This document shows positions 10,034-19,257 of a DNA stretch of 64,000 nt, in pieces (within the stretch, counting starts at the first letter, position 1; every line of letters starts with the position of its first letter). This DNA is from Alphaproteobacteria bacterium. Its GTDB lineage: Bacteria > Pseudomonadota > Alphaproteobacteria > Rs-D84. A model generated the notes under the pieces. That model worked only from the letters and a program-made list of their open reading frames with translations. It was not told the origin of the DNA and did not search any database. The translations under genes and the position numbers were made by a program. The stretch covers positions 30,268 through 94,267 of the forward strand of contig JAFRSF010000024.1 in the NCBI GenBank assembly GCA_017427715.1, written 5' to 3'.

Positions 10034-10330
10034 TTATTTTAATTTGGTTTTGCAGATTCCATAATATTTATCTAACAATTTATCGGCTTTTTGTTCTGTT
10101 TTTGGGTCGTCTTGTCCATATTTAACCAATTCATCGATAGACATTTCGTCCACAAAACCGTTCAGAACACACTCGCAATAATCACGATTCCCAGGTTTGT
10201 TCGTTTCCATTTTATTAAGACACGAATTTACACCACGTTCAACAAAGGCTTGTTTTGCGTCAATATCATTATTTCTGACACAAGACGCGGTTAAAACACA
10301 AATAACACCTAAAAATATTAGTTTTTTCAT
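10034..10330 (-). CDS. small lipoprotein (98 aa), 4-Cys
   Basis: The lipobox is VLTASC. It shares a CxCV motif (DYCECV) with the next ORF. Confidence 0.5.
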   Translation of the reverse strand: MKKLIFLGVICVLTASCVRNNDIDAKQAFVERGVNSCLNKMETNKPGNRDYCECVLNGFVDEMSIDELVKYGQDDPKTEQKADKLLDKYYGICKTKLK

Positions 10331-10332
10331 TT

Positions 10333-10683
10333 TTAATCCTTTCCTATGTGTTTCAAGGTTAGTTCATAACAATCTTGTTTTGATGTGTTATATAACATCT
10401 TCAAATCGTTATCAGTTTCAATATCATTTCTTAAAACACGTTTTGCCACGCATTGACAAGTTAAAACAACGATATGTGGTTCCGTCTCTTTATATATGTT
10501 TTTTATATCTGTGACACACGTGTTATACACCGTTTCATAAACAGCCAATTCATCGTCTGAATATTGTTCTTCCAACGGTATTAAATCGTCTTTTGGTTCT
10601 GTTTTTTGATGTAATACCCCGTATAACAGAAAACCCGTCAACAATAGTCCAAATATCAAAACGTGTTTTATTGAAAATATCAT
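10333..10683 (-). CDS. small membrane-anchored periplasmic protein (116 aa), weak paralog of 10034..10330
   Basis: N-terminal TM helix and an LTCQCV motif. The stop/start junctions with both neighbours are tight. Confidence 0.5.
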   Translation of the reverse strand: MIFSIKHVLIFGLLLTGFLLYGVLHQKTEPKDDLIPLEEQYSDDELAVYETVYNTCVTDIKNIYKETEPHIVVLTCQCVAKRVLRNDIETDNDLKMLYNTSKQDCYELTLKHIGKD

Positions 10684-11366
10684 TTAGATTTCTTCCCTTT
10701 TTTCTTTTCCGCAACAACTTCAATCAAGCCATTACTTGCCGCCTTAAACAATACCGCGTCAATATAACCACGTGGAAAACCTGTTTCTTTGATTAAATGA
10801 TTAAACATATCATCACATACTCGCTGTATTTCGGGGGTTAATTTTGCGTTGTTTTCTTCTAGTTTGTTATTTCCACTATAAATAATACCCAATCTTTGAA
10901 CCCAAATATCATATTTAGGTGTATCTTCACCAAGATTTCTGGCTAAATGTCTGTTAGTGATTTTTCCGATATATGGCAAAGTTTCAAGAAAATTCAATTT
11001 ATCTTCCAAGGTTTTACATTCATAATAATCAGCACAGTATTCATTGCGATTATTCCAAATTTTCCAAATAGCATACATTTTATTAGCATTTTCAAAAATA
11101 TCTAATAAATCTTCCAAATGTGGATTTTCGGGTAATTTTTTCATAACTTGCTCGTGGTATGTTTTCGCGGTTGTTTGTTTGAAGCCGCTGGCAAGTATTG
11201 AATATGCAGCACAAGAAACAAACTCATCAGGCGAAACACGGTAGGTTTTACTTTTTATATGTTTCAAGGTTTCGTCAAACGAATACAAATCTGAATCTAA
11301 ACCCATAGCACGTATTTTTGAATCCAGTTGTTCAAACCACGATTTTGAAAACATTTTTTCGGTCAT
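10680..11366 (-). CDS. HhH-GPD (endonuclease III-like) DNA glycosylase-fold protein, tentative
   Basis: LETLPYIGKITNRHLARNLGEDTPKYDIWVQRL resembles the helix-hairpin-helix plus catalytic Asp segment of EndoIII (LPGVGRKTANVVL..VDTHIFRV). 4-nt overlap with the downstream gene. Confidence 0.35.
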   Translation of the reverse strand: MTEKMFSKSWFEQLDSKIRAMGLDSDLYSFDETLKHIKSKTYRVSPDEFVSCAAYSILASGFKQTTAKTYHEQVMKKLPENPHLEDLLDIFENANKMYAIWKIWNNRNEYCADYYECKTLEDKLNFLETLPYIGKITNRHLARNLGEDTPKYDIWVQRLGIIYSGNNKLEENNAKLTPEIQRVCDDMFNHLIKETGFPRGYIDAVLFKAASNGLIEVVAEKKKGKKSK

Positions 11367-11368
11367 AA

Positions 11369-12562
11369 TTATTGCTCCTTTGTTTCGTATATTGTTTTAA
11401 AACTAATTTGGTCATTTGTTTCATTTGAAAAGTATAAGCATTCGCCAACTTTGTCAATGTTAAAAGCCACCCGATTTTGAAAAATTTCCATAAAATCAAC
11501 AGACAACAAGTCAATTTTACGTGTCGCCGCAATAATATGAATCTTTGGATTTTCTGCTAAATTTACCAGTATATTTTGAATATCTGGTTTAACGGCTATT
11601 AAATCTGCCAATTCATCTATCACAATTGCGACATCTTCGTCTGATACTTGAAAACGACTTAAATATTCAACCGCTTTAACCGCGTCTGTTATGACTGGTG
11701 TAATTAAATATGTTGATGAATAGCCATTAAAATCGAAGTTTTTCGTATCAATCAATATGATTTTACAATTCGCGTTTTTGGCTTGGCGGTTTATTGACGT
11801 TAAAATCGATTTTAAAAGCGTTGTTTTACCTGTTCCGGTCCGTCCAGTAATCAAAAGATGTTTTATCGCGTATAAATCCTGTTTAAAACCGTTTTTACCC
11901 AATGTTATCGGTAAAGACGTAGAATTTTTAATTTTATAAATACTTTTATCCGCCCATTTATACGATTTAATGATATTTTTTACTCTGTCTATTTCTTGCT
12001 GAGTGATACCATATTTTGTTCCGCAATTTTTAAACCATTCTTCTGATTCTGGGTCGAATTTCTCATCATCATAACGCAGAAGAAAATCATCAACAACATA
12101 GGAATAATATTCTTCTGGATGTTCGTCACACTGTTCGTCCATAACTAATATATCCCATTCGTTTATTTGATTATAATAATTTTCTAACGCTACCCGTATT
12201 CCATCTAAATAGTCCTGTTTGGATTTTGTATACAGGTCGTCGTTTTTTTGGATACCGACAAACGCGATAACATCATCAACATACTCATCGTCACTTGAAC
12301 ACAATACAAACTCTGTATAAATGTTCATTTCTTCTGATATACATAGGTAAAAAAAGTCAAAATCTCCATAAGTTTTTTCTAATTTTTTTATATCTGTTTC
12401 TGGCGATGTCTTTTTGAATCTGTTTTTTTCAGTATTTAATACCATAAATTTTTCTGGTATATCTGACGGAACAATCACTTTTATATCAGAATCAATAATG
12501 TCTGTTTCAAAAACGGCTTTTGTAAACTGTTCAATTTGCAAAAAATACGAATGTTTTTTCAT
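11369..12562 (-). CDS. FtsK/SpoIIIE-HerA-type P-loop ATPase with novel N-terminal domain
   Basis: Walker A is ITGRTGTGKTT and Walker B is VAIVIDELADL. The N-terminal ~200 aa is paralogous to the stand-alone ORF 12564..13253. Confidence 0.7.
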   Translation of the reverse strand: MKKHSYFLQIEQFTKAVFETDIIDSDIKVIVPSDIPEKFMVLNTEKNRFKKTSPETDIKKLEKTYGDFDFFYLCISEEMNIYTEFVLCSSDDEYVDDVIAFVGIQKNDDLYTKSKQDYLDGIRVALENYYNQINEWDILVMDEQCDEHPEEYYSYVVDDFLLRYDDEKFDPESEEWFKNCGTKYGITQQEIDRVKNIIKSYKWADKSIYKIKNSTSLPITLGKNGFKQDLYAIKHLLITGRTGTGKTTLLKSILTSINRQAKNANCKIILIDTKNFDFNGYSSTYLITPVITDAVKAVEYLSRFQVSDEDVAIVIDELADLIAVKPDIQNILVNLAENPKIHIIAATRKIDLLSVDFMEIFQNRVAFNIDKVGECLYFSNETNDQISFKTIYETKEQ

Positions 12563-12563
12563 T

Positions 12564-13253
12564 TTATTTCTCCATTAAATTCATTTTTTTACGTAATTGT
12601 TTCACAATACGGAATTTTTTTACAACATCAGGTTTCAGTTTATAAGAAACTTTGTTCGCGGTTATTCTTGTATTCATAATATGTTTTGCCACCCTGATTT
12701 CTGATTCTGGTATTCCATATTTATTTTTACATCTGCTTAAAAACTCTTTTTCTGATGGATAGTATCTCATTTCTTGATGAAAAAAATAACATCTATCTAA
12801 ATAGTTTTCAGAAAAATTTTCATCGACTACATATACAACCCAATCTTTTACATCGTTGTAATAAAACGCCAATGTCGTCTCAACGTGAAACATATATTTT
12901 TTAGGTTGTTTTTTATAATCTGGGTTGTTTTTGGGGAAACAAACAAAAGCAACGGTTATATCAGATTTTGAAGATAGCTCAAACACTGTTCGCTTGTAAT
13001 CATCCCAATCCACTATATTACTAGAAATATTGAGATAAAAAATATCATAATTTTTATATTTGTTTTTTAATATATTCATACATAATTCTGGGGTTTCACC
13101 ACGAACAATTTCAGATTCTGTGCTTAGTTTCTTAAACCTGTCCGATGTGATGTAAGACGGCAAAACCACCTTTATACCCCCGTCATCTTTAATACGTATA
13201 AAATTTAATTTAGTTAAGTTTTCAACTACTAAAAAATATTTTCGTTCTTTCAT
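12564..13253 (-). CDS. hypothetical protein, paralog of the N-domain of the FtsK-like ATPase
   Basis: MKERKYFLVVENLTK..IKVVLPS.. aligns with MKKHSYFLQIEQFTK..IKVIVPS.. Also KNKYGIPESEI aligns with GTKYGITQQEI. Confidence 0.55.
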   Translation of the reverse strand: MKERKYFLVVENLTKLNFIRIKDDGGIKVVLPSYITSDRFKKLSTESEIVRGETPELCMNILKNKYKNYDIFYLNISSNIVDWDDYKRTVFELSSKSDITVAFVCFPKNNPDYKKQPKKYMFHVETTLAFYYNDVKDWVVYVVDENFSENYLDRCYFFHQEMRYYPSEKEFLSRCKNKYGIPESEIRVAKHIMNTRITANKVSYKLKPDVVKKFRIVKQLRKKMNLMEK

Positions 13254-13258
13254 TTTAT

Positions 13259-13423
13259 TTATATTCCAACATAAGTTTCTGTTTTGCTAGCGTTTGTTGG
13301 TATATATGTCAAATAACCATTAACATAACTAATCAAGCGTCCGTCAAAAACACGTGTGACACCGCCAGTTTGACTTGTGATAATTATTTGATTCCCAACT
13401 TGAACTGCTGTTCCATAAATCAT
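13259..13423 (-). CDS. small protein (54 aa), paralog of 18982..19140; absent from the ORF track
   Basis: Strong RBS (AAGGAG, 5 nt upstream). MIYGTAVQVGNQIIITSQTGGVTRVFDGRLISYVNGYLTYIPTNASKTETYVGI is ~54% identical to the other copy. Confidence 0.55.
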   Translation of the reverse strand: MIYGTAVQVGNQIIITSQTGGVTRVFDGRLISYVNGYLTYIPTNASKTETYVGI

Positions 13424-13442
13424 TTTTACTCCTTTTGTTTTT

Positions 13443-13634
13443 TTAATGTTTCCAAGTTAAATGTTCATAACGATTACGACAATCCACGATAACGGATGGT
13501 GTTTGCATTTGGTCCGCCACCGGGACAACTTCCAGCAATTGTAATGGCTGTCCATCTTCGTCCAACCAACATTCAACCACTTGTTGTCCACGTGATGTCA
13601 TACGTTGTTCAAATCTTAAAGTTTTCCAGCCCAT
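13443..13634 (-). CDS. hypothetical small protein (63 aa)
   Basis: An ORF within the operon with locally higher GC and a weak RBS. Confidence 0.35.
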   Translation of the reverse strand: MGWKTLRFEQRMTSRGQQVVECWLDEDGQPLQLLEVVPVADQMQTPSVIVDCRNRYEHLTWKH

Positions 13635-13692
13635 TTATATTGCCTGTTTTATTTTAGATTTTCCTTTGAGTTATTATTGGTATTTTTATGCT

Positions 13693-14280
13693 TTACCAGT
13701 TTATTCCAGGGTCATTAAAATCTATAAAGGTTATATCGTCAAAAAATGGGTCATAATAATATTCGCCAGTTGCAGGACGTAGTTTGCCCTTAAAAACAAT
13801 GGCGCCACTTGTTGCGCGTTTGGCTATTTGGTCTAATTTTTGAGAATGAACCACCCTTATACCACAAGAACTGTGACCAAAAATCATACCATTTAGACTC
13901 CCACAAAATTTAGCATCTGCATTGACATTGTATAAATCTTGTTTTGAAACATATACCATACCTGGACCGCCATAACCGTTTCCATCCCAATCTTCAACGG
14001 TTAATTGCCCACAAAATTCTTTACGGACACCCACATTATTCCTTAACAATTCTTTACAATTCAATTTCTCGATTTCTTCTTGTGATAATTTCACATATTT
14101 ATCATTTGTAAACCCTGACGTAATATTACCAATACCACCAGCAATCGATTTATAACCTATAAAAAACACTAAAATAATCCCAATTATGACTGCTGTTTTC
14201 TTTTTTATAGACCAGTCCTTTATTGCTTCGTTTACCTTGTCGTTAATATTTTTTATGTATTTTGTTAAAAATTCCGTCAT
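13693..14280 (-). CDS. membrane-anchored hypothetical protein (195 aa)
   Basis: Start moved to the ATG preceded by AAAGGA. One TM helix (VIIGIILVFFIGY). No motif recognised. Confidence 0.5.
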   Translation of the reverse strand: MTEFLTKYIKNINDKVNEAIKDWSIKKKTAVIIGIILVFFIGYKSIAGGIGNITSGFTNDKYVKLSQEEIEKLNCKELLRNNVGVRKEFCGQLTVEDWDGNGYGGPGMVYVSKQDLYNVNADAKFCGSLNGMIFGHSSCGIRVVHSQKLDQIAKRATSGAIVFKGKLRPATGEYYYDPFFDDITFIDFNDPGINW

Positions 14281-14306
14281 TATTTTGTCCTTTGTTTTTG
14301 ATTGTT

Positions 14307-14921
14307 TTACTCCGCGTCTAGTGTTGGCAACCAAAAGTAAAAATCTATGATTTTTGTATCGGTTATGTTTTGAATTATGCGTGGATACCGATTAAAAACG
14401 GATTTGAACCCAGCAATAATTTCTTTACCTGTGTCGCTGTCGCGAAATTCGTGAATAGTATCGGTTAATCGTTTATAAACTTCGCAAGATTCCTTGATTT
14501 TTATTTCTGGGTCTTTGATACCTTTTGCTGTATCGATTAGATTTAAACCGTCAAAAACCGAACTTTGATAAATCGGCAGATCTGGGTTGAAAAAATGTGC
14601 AACCTGACTTGCCAGCAACGGAACCACAATATCGGTTTCTTTGAATAAATTTCTTAACGCAGATTCAAAATCTGGTGTGTTTGGTAAATCTTTATAAGAT
14701 TCTAATAATTCATAGTGTTTTTGTAATATATTCGTGTCTGCATATTTGCGGGCTATAAGTGCATTATGAAAATAATCATTACAAATTCTTTGAAAATTTC
14801 TGCCAGTATTATCGAAAAAATTCCTGTCCGTCACATCAACGGTTTTAAAATTTTCGATTAAATATTTATAATCTAAAATTTCATTTTTAAACCGCTTATC
14901 GGTCCAATCCATTTTGTTCAT
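14307..14921 (-). CDS. hypothetical protein (204 aa), first gene of the leftward operon
   Basis: LLASQVAHFFNPDLPIYQSSVFDGL weakly recalls the SK.LHF..P..PI.D motif that I associate with OGG-fold/unknown proteins. This link is unverified. Confidence 0.45.
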   Translation of the reverse strand: MNKMDWTDKRFKNEILDYKYLIENFKTVDVTDRNFFDNTGRNFQRICNDYFHNALIARKYADTNILQKHYELLESYKDLPNTPDFESALRNLFKETDIVVPLLASQVAHFFNPDLPIYQSSVFDGLNLIDTAKGIKDPEIKIKESCEVYKRLTDTIHEFRDSDTGKEIIAGFKSVFNRYPRIIQNITDTKIIDFYFWLPTLDAE

Positions 14922-15202
14922 ATTTAGCCTTTTTTTAAACTTTTCGTATTTGCCTATCGTGGCAATGATGATAGTAATAAAACCAAGGTTTAATTTGCGA
15001 CGGGCGTTTTGGTTGAATAATAATCGGGAAACACTTATTTTTTGCAGATTCCCGCAAATAAAAAATTCCTAAAAAACTGTTGATTTTTAAGTTTGGTTTA
15101 ATTTCAACGGGTATAAACATTGTCAAACCTGCGCTGGGTGTGGGTTCGAATGCTTTTATTAAACATCAATAAATACCAGTGAACTAACCAAAAGGATTTT
15201 TT

Positions 15203-15811
15203 ATGATTTATGCGTATTGTCGGGTATCAACAACCCACCAAACCGAAGAAAATCAACACTTTGTCATTGAACAATATGCCAAAGAAAACAATTTAACCGT
15301 TGATGTATGGGTGGAAGAAACAATTTCAAGTGGGAAACGATTATCAGAAAGAAAACTGGGTAAATTGATTCCAAAGTTAGAATCTGGGGACATATTGATT
15401 ACAACTGAAATTTCGCGTTTAGCACGTAGTTTAATGGAGTTAATGGGTATATTACAGACATGTCTTGAAAAAGAGTGTCAAATTTGGACTTTGAAAGAAA
15501 ATTTTAGATTGGGAACAGATGTTCAATCAAAGGTTCTGGCGTTCGCGTTTGGTTTATCGGCCGAATTATCAAAATCATTATTACAGGCGCGTGTTCGTGA
15601 AAGTTTAGCAAGATTAAAAGCCAACGGTAAAAAGTTAGGACGACCATTTGGGGCTAAATCACGTGAATTAAAATTGGAAAAACACAGACACAGATTAGAA
15701 CTAATGATAAAACGTGGAATCAGTAAAACAAAAATAGCCAAAACATTGGGTGTTCATAAATGCACAATCTATAACTACCTAAAAGAAATCCGCCAATCGG
15801 CGGATTATTGA
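15203..15811 (+). CDS. small serine recombinase (resolvase/invertase family) with C-terminal HTH
   Basis: MIYAYCRVSTTHQ carries the catalytic Ser context. It also has ISRLARS, GRPFG and a C-terminal HTH (KIAKTLGVHKCTIYNYL). Confidence 0.9.
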   Translation: MIYAYCRVSTTHQTEENQHFVIEQYAKENNLTVDVWVEETISSGKRLSERKLGKLIPKLESGDILITTEISRLARSLMELMGILQTCLEKECQIWTLKENFRLGTDVQSKVLAFAFGLSAELSKSLLQARVRESLARLKANGKKLGRPFGAKSRELKLEKHRHRLELMIKRGISKTKIAKTLGVHKCTIYNYLKEIRQSADY

Positions 15812-16194
15812 CCTTTAATTTGGTCTAATATTTGTTTGAATTCGGTTTCATCGTCAGAGTCGTCTTCATCAAATACTGGTTGATTCAATTCTTTGGTATA
15901 GTCCAAAAAATGTGGTCTATGTTTTGACCTGCCGTCTGAATAGACTATATTCGCCATTTCATAATCGTGATGGTTGGTTTCAACGAATTTCAAATTGGGA
16001 ATATGTGCTAAATTGTCCCTGTCAAATAAATACGGCCATTTTGCTTTGATTTGTGCTAATGACGTGATTTTTGGGTTTTGTTTTTCCCAGTCCATTTCTT
16101 CGTCAACTTGATCTTCGTATAATGGAACCGGAACTGTTTCTGGTCTGTCGCCAACAATCATAACCATAATTATACCGTTTGTTAAAAGTCTCAT
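15805..16194 (-). CDS. hypothetical acidic protein (129 aa)
   Basis: An ORF convergent with the recombinase gene. No motif recognised and the start is uncertain. Confidence 0.35.
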   Translation of the reverse strand: MRLLTNGIIMVMIVGDRPETVPVPLYEDQVDEEMDWEKQNPKITSLAQIKAKWPYLFDRDNLAHIPNLKFVETNHHDYEMANIVYSDGRSKHRPHFLDYTKELNQPVFDEDDSDDETEFKQILDQIKGQ

Positions 16195-16360
16195 AATTTA
16201 CCCCTTTGGTTTTGTTATCTATGCCCGGACATTCCGCTAAAAAATCGTTTTAGACAACAGTTTTTTCTTGATTTTTATCTGCGGAAATCCGCGATTTTTT
16301 AATTTTTTTGTGTTGTATTTCAAAGGTATTTACTGCTATGATGTGAAAAAAGGAAATTAT

Positions 16361-17938
16361 ATGGCAATTGCAAGTTTTGATGATTTTTTTAAACAATATG
16401 ATACAGAACAAAAATTGGAAGATTATCTTGTTCAATATATATGGAACAAAGGTATAGATTGTAAATATTGCGGTCATAAAAACGATAAAAGCGCGTTATC
16501 ACACATAACAGGAAATAAAGAATTTGGCTATTTTACCTGTAAAAACTGCGGTAAAGAATTCTGTGTCCTAACAAATTGGTTGTTTAGCAAAACAAAATTG
16601 ACATATAGAAAATGGTTGCAGGCTATTTATTTCGTTGCTTTATATCCAAAATCTACATCTGCCAATATATTAGCAACCGAATTGAAAATTACACCACTTT
16701 CGGCAAGAGATATATGTGAAAAAATAGATAGATTATTGTATCAAGATATTAAATTGGACGGTATTGTTGAAATGGACGAAACCTATGTAGGTGGTAAAGA
16801 ACAGTTTAAACACAGGAATAAACACACAGTTTTTCCTGATAGAGTTATTGGCGATAAAATACCAGTTTTTGGCATCTATGAACGTTCTGGTGACGATGAA
16901 ACAAAAAAAGGAAGGGTTGTTCTGAAAAAAATAATCACAGAAGAAAATCACAAGGTTCGTGGTAAAGATGTTAAGGAGTTCATAGATATATATATTACAG
17001 ATTCACCAGACGTAATATGTATGACAGATGCCATTCGTATTTATACAAAGAAAATACTGCATGAACGGAAGCGTGAATTTGTTGAACATTCCAAAGCAAA
17101 GAGCAAGAAAACAGGTAAAATAAAACGATATTCTGTTAGATATGTAAAAACATTGAAAAACGGTTTGGTAGTCACGACAAACCACGTTGAAAATCTGTTC
17201 AACCATTTTAAAAAGTATCTGCGTGCAAACTTTACTTCGGTATCAGGAAATCATATTCAAAGGTATGCAGATAGATTTTGTTTTATATGGAATACACAAT
17301 ATTTGCCAATTGAAGAAAAATTGGACATTATCTTTAAAAGAATGGGTGATATGGGACATATTTCATCTGCTGAATTGGATAAAGCCAAGAAAAAAGCCAA
17401 AGGGTGGAAATCACGTGAAATGATACAAAAAACCCGTAATAAATATAGAAAATTACAGCAAGAAAAATTGCTTATAAAACGTAAAGAAAAATGGCCTTTT
17501 GATGTATTGGAAAACAGTGTTATATTGTTTTGGTGGTATGTAAACGGTTTGTCAAAGGAAGAGGACAATATAACGGAAGAATCTAATGAAGATGCTTTGG
17601 CTATTTCAAAGGAAATATGTGAAGATTTAAAAAATCTAATAGGTGAACCAGATAAAAATGGTAAATTGTCCAGAAAAGGTAGATTATACCAGATAATAAC
17701 AAATAAATACGACGAAATTGAAAGAATGCGAACAAAACGTCAAAAATTGGCGGCTGCTAGGAAATTTGCAATCAAAACCGATGAATACTATACGTGGTAT
17801 ATTTACAACCAAGAAGAAAAAAAGAAAGAAAAATTAAAAAAACGACAAGAACAAGCCGAATTGAAACTTCAAGAACAGTCGAAAAACGGCATAAATCTAA
17901 AAAATCCTAAAAAATCGTTGTCTTCCAATAAAAAATAG
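16361..17938 (+). CDS. IS1595-family (ISXO2-like) DDE transposase with long K/E-rich C-terminal extension
   Basis: Start moved to the ATG after AAAGGA. Zn-ribbon CKYCGH..CKNCGK. DDE-type motifs are VEMDETYVGG, MTDAIRIY and TNHVENLFNHFKKYL. About 190 extra C-terminal residues. Confidence 0.8.
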   Translation: MAIASFDDFFKQYDTEQKLEDYLVQYIWNKGIDCKYCGHKNDKSALSHITGNKEFGYFTCKNCGKEFCVLTNWLFSKTKLTYRKWLQAIYFVALYPKSTSANILATELKITPLSARDICEKIDRLLYQDIKLDGIVEMDETYVGGKEQFKHRNKHTVFPDRVIGDKIPVFGIYERSGDDETKKGRVVLKKIITEENHKVRGKDVKEFIDIYITDSPDVICMTDAIRIYTKKILHERKREFVEHSKAKSKKTGKIKRYSVRYVKTLKNGLVVTTNHVENLFNHFKKYLRANFTSVSGNHIQRYADRFCFIWNTQYLPIEEKLDIIFKRMGDMGHISSAELDKAKKKAKGWKSREMIQKTRNKYRKLQQEKLLIKRKEKWPFDVLENSVILFWWYVNGLSKEEDNITEESNEDALAISKEICEDLKNLIGEPDKNGKLSRKGRLYQIITNKYDEIERMRTKRQKLAAARKFAIKTDEYYTWYIYNQEEKKKEKLKKRQEQAELKLQEQSKNGINLKNPKKSLSSNKK

Positions 17939-17975
17939 CGGACCGTTATAGTGTAAAAACAAAAGGATTTATACT

Positions 17976-18965
17976 ATGGCGTTTCAAAGTATTCATAAGT
18001 TAATGCAAGAATACAACACAGAAGATAAATGTCGCGAATGGTTCGTTCATCATCGTTGGCCTAACGGTGTTGAATGTCCATTCTGCAGTAATAAAGACGG
18101 TCAAAAAACAATCTGTCGTTTAACCAAAGGTGCTGAAAAGGGTTGTTTTCTGTGTCGTGCTTGTAAAAAGAAATTTTCAGTTCGTAATAATTCATTTATG
18201 GGTAAATCACGTATTCCATATTCAAAATGGTTAATGGCGATTTATTTCGTTATCAACCATAAACGCGGTATTTCGTCTTTACAGTTGGCGCGTAATATCG
18301 GTGTCACTCAATCAACAGCGTGGTTTATGGCTCAACGTATATTCAATATCGTAAATTCAGATAATGCTGTTTTAAACGGTATTGTTGAAATGGACGAAGT
18401 TTATATCGGTGGTGCTGAAAAAAACAAACGTCCAGACAGACGTGTCAATAATTCAAACAAGTATTTGAACGATAAAATGTCGGTATTGGGTATGTTAGAA
18501 CGTGGCGGAAAGGTTATTTTACGTCAATACGAAGGTAAACAGTATAAATACATGGAACCAGTTATTGAACATCATATCGGTAAAGACGCGACAGTATATA
18601 CTGACGAAAGTCCACTTTATAAAGGCGGAATAAATGGTCGTCAGCATAACTGCGTGAATCACAGTAAAGGTATTTATGGAATCGGCAGTATCACAACGAA
18701 CAGGATTGAGGGTATGTTTTCACAGTTAAAACGTATGATTTTAGGTATTCACGTGTTCGTGACACGTGGACATTTTAAACGTTATGCTGATATGTTCAGT
18801 TTTAGAATGGACACGCGTGAATTGACTGAATACGAACGTTTAGATTTGTTAATGACACAGGTCAACGGAACACGTATCAAATTTGACGAAATATCGTGTC
18901 ACGGTAATCCAGGAACAAAAAAATGGTTTCCACACTACGGAAGCAAAAGAAAAATCGTTTTATAA
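17976..18965 (+). CDS. IS1595-family (ISXO2-like) DDE transposase
   Basis: Zn-ribbon CPFC..CRAC. Motifs are VEMDEVYIGG, VYTDESPLY and TNRIEGMFSQLKRMI..RYADMFSFR. Confidence 0.85.
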   Translation: MAFQSIHKLMQEYNTEDKCREWFVHHRWPNGVECPFCSNKDGQKTICRLTKGAEKGCFLCRACKKKFSVRNNSFMGKSRIPYSKWLMAIYFVINHKRGISSLQLARNIGVTQSTAWFMAQRIFNIVNSDNAVLNGIVEMDEVYIGGAEKNKRPDRRVNNSNKYLNDKMSVLGMLERGGKVILRQYEGKQYKYMEPVIEHHIGKDATVYTDESPLYKGGINGRQHNCVNHSKGIYGIGSITTNRIEGMFSQLKRMILGIHVFVTRGHFKRYADMFSFRMDTRELTEYERLDLLMTQVNGTRIKFDEISCHGNPGTKKWFPHYGSKRKIVL

Positions 18966-18981
18966 ACCGAAAGGATTTAAA

Positions 18982-19140
18982 ATGGGAACAGCGGTTCAAA
19001 TTGGTGATGAAATAGTTGTGTCAAATTCAATCGGAAGTGTGACACGAAAATTCAAAGGACGTTTAATCAGTTATATTAACGGAATCTTGACCTATGTGCC
19101 ATTTAATGGCGGTTTATGTTCAATGTATGTTGGATTATAA
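18982..19140 (+). CDS. small protein (52 aa), paralog of 13259..13423
   Basis: Internal ATG of the listed ORF, preceded by AAAGGA. Sequence: MGTAVQIGDEIVVSNSIGSVTRKFKGRLISYINGILTYVPFNGGLCSMYVGL. Confidence 0.5.
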   Translation: MGTAVQIGDEIVVSNSIGSVTRKFKGRLISYINGILTYVPFNGGLCSMYVGL

Positions 19141-19152
19141 AACCTGTGCGAT

Positions 19153-19257
19153 AATATGCCGCCAAACTCATTAAAAAACACCATTTTCTTACGAAAACTG
19201 GCATTTTTTCATTCCTTTGCCAGCATAACCACATTTTTATAAAAAAGATTTTGTAGT
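19153..19257. repeat. sub-terminal inverted repeat (IR-B, right)
   Basis: About 88% identical to the reverse complement of 8946..9048. Confidence 0.85.

Noticed and set aside
14935-15126. 63-aa minus-strand ORF in the divergent region between the cargo operon and the recombinase gene
   Set aside because: It has no RBS and an implausible sequence, and this region more likely holds the divergent promoters.
15131-15153. tRNA T-arm-like string GCGCTGGGTGTGGGTTCGAATGC upstream of the serine recombinase (possible att/res site or tRNA fragment)
   Set aside because: Only the generic GGTTCGAAT core is tRNA-like. There is no acceptor-stem complement and no match to the three tRNAs in the window, so it is too short to interpret.
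16268-16360. N-terminal 31-codon extension of the first transposase ORF
   Set aside because: The internal ATG at 16361 has an AAAGGA RBS, and the conserved zinc-ribbon region begins right after it.
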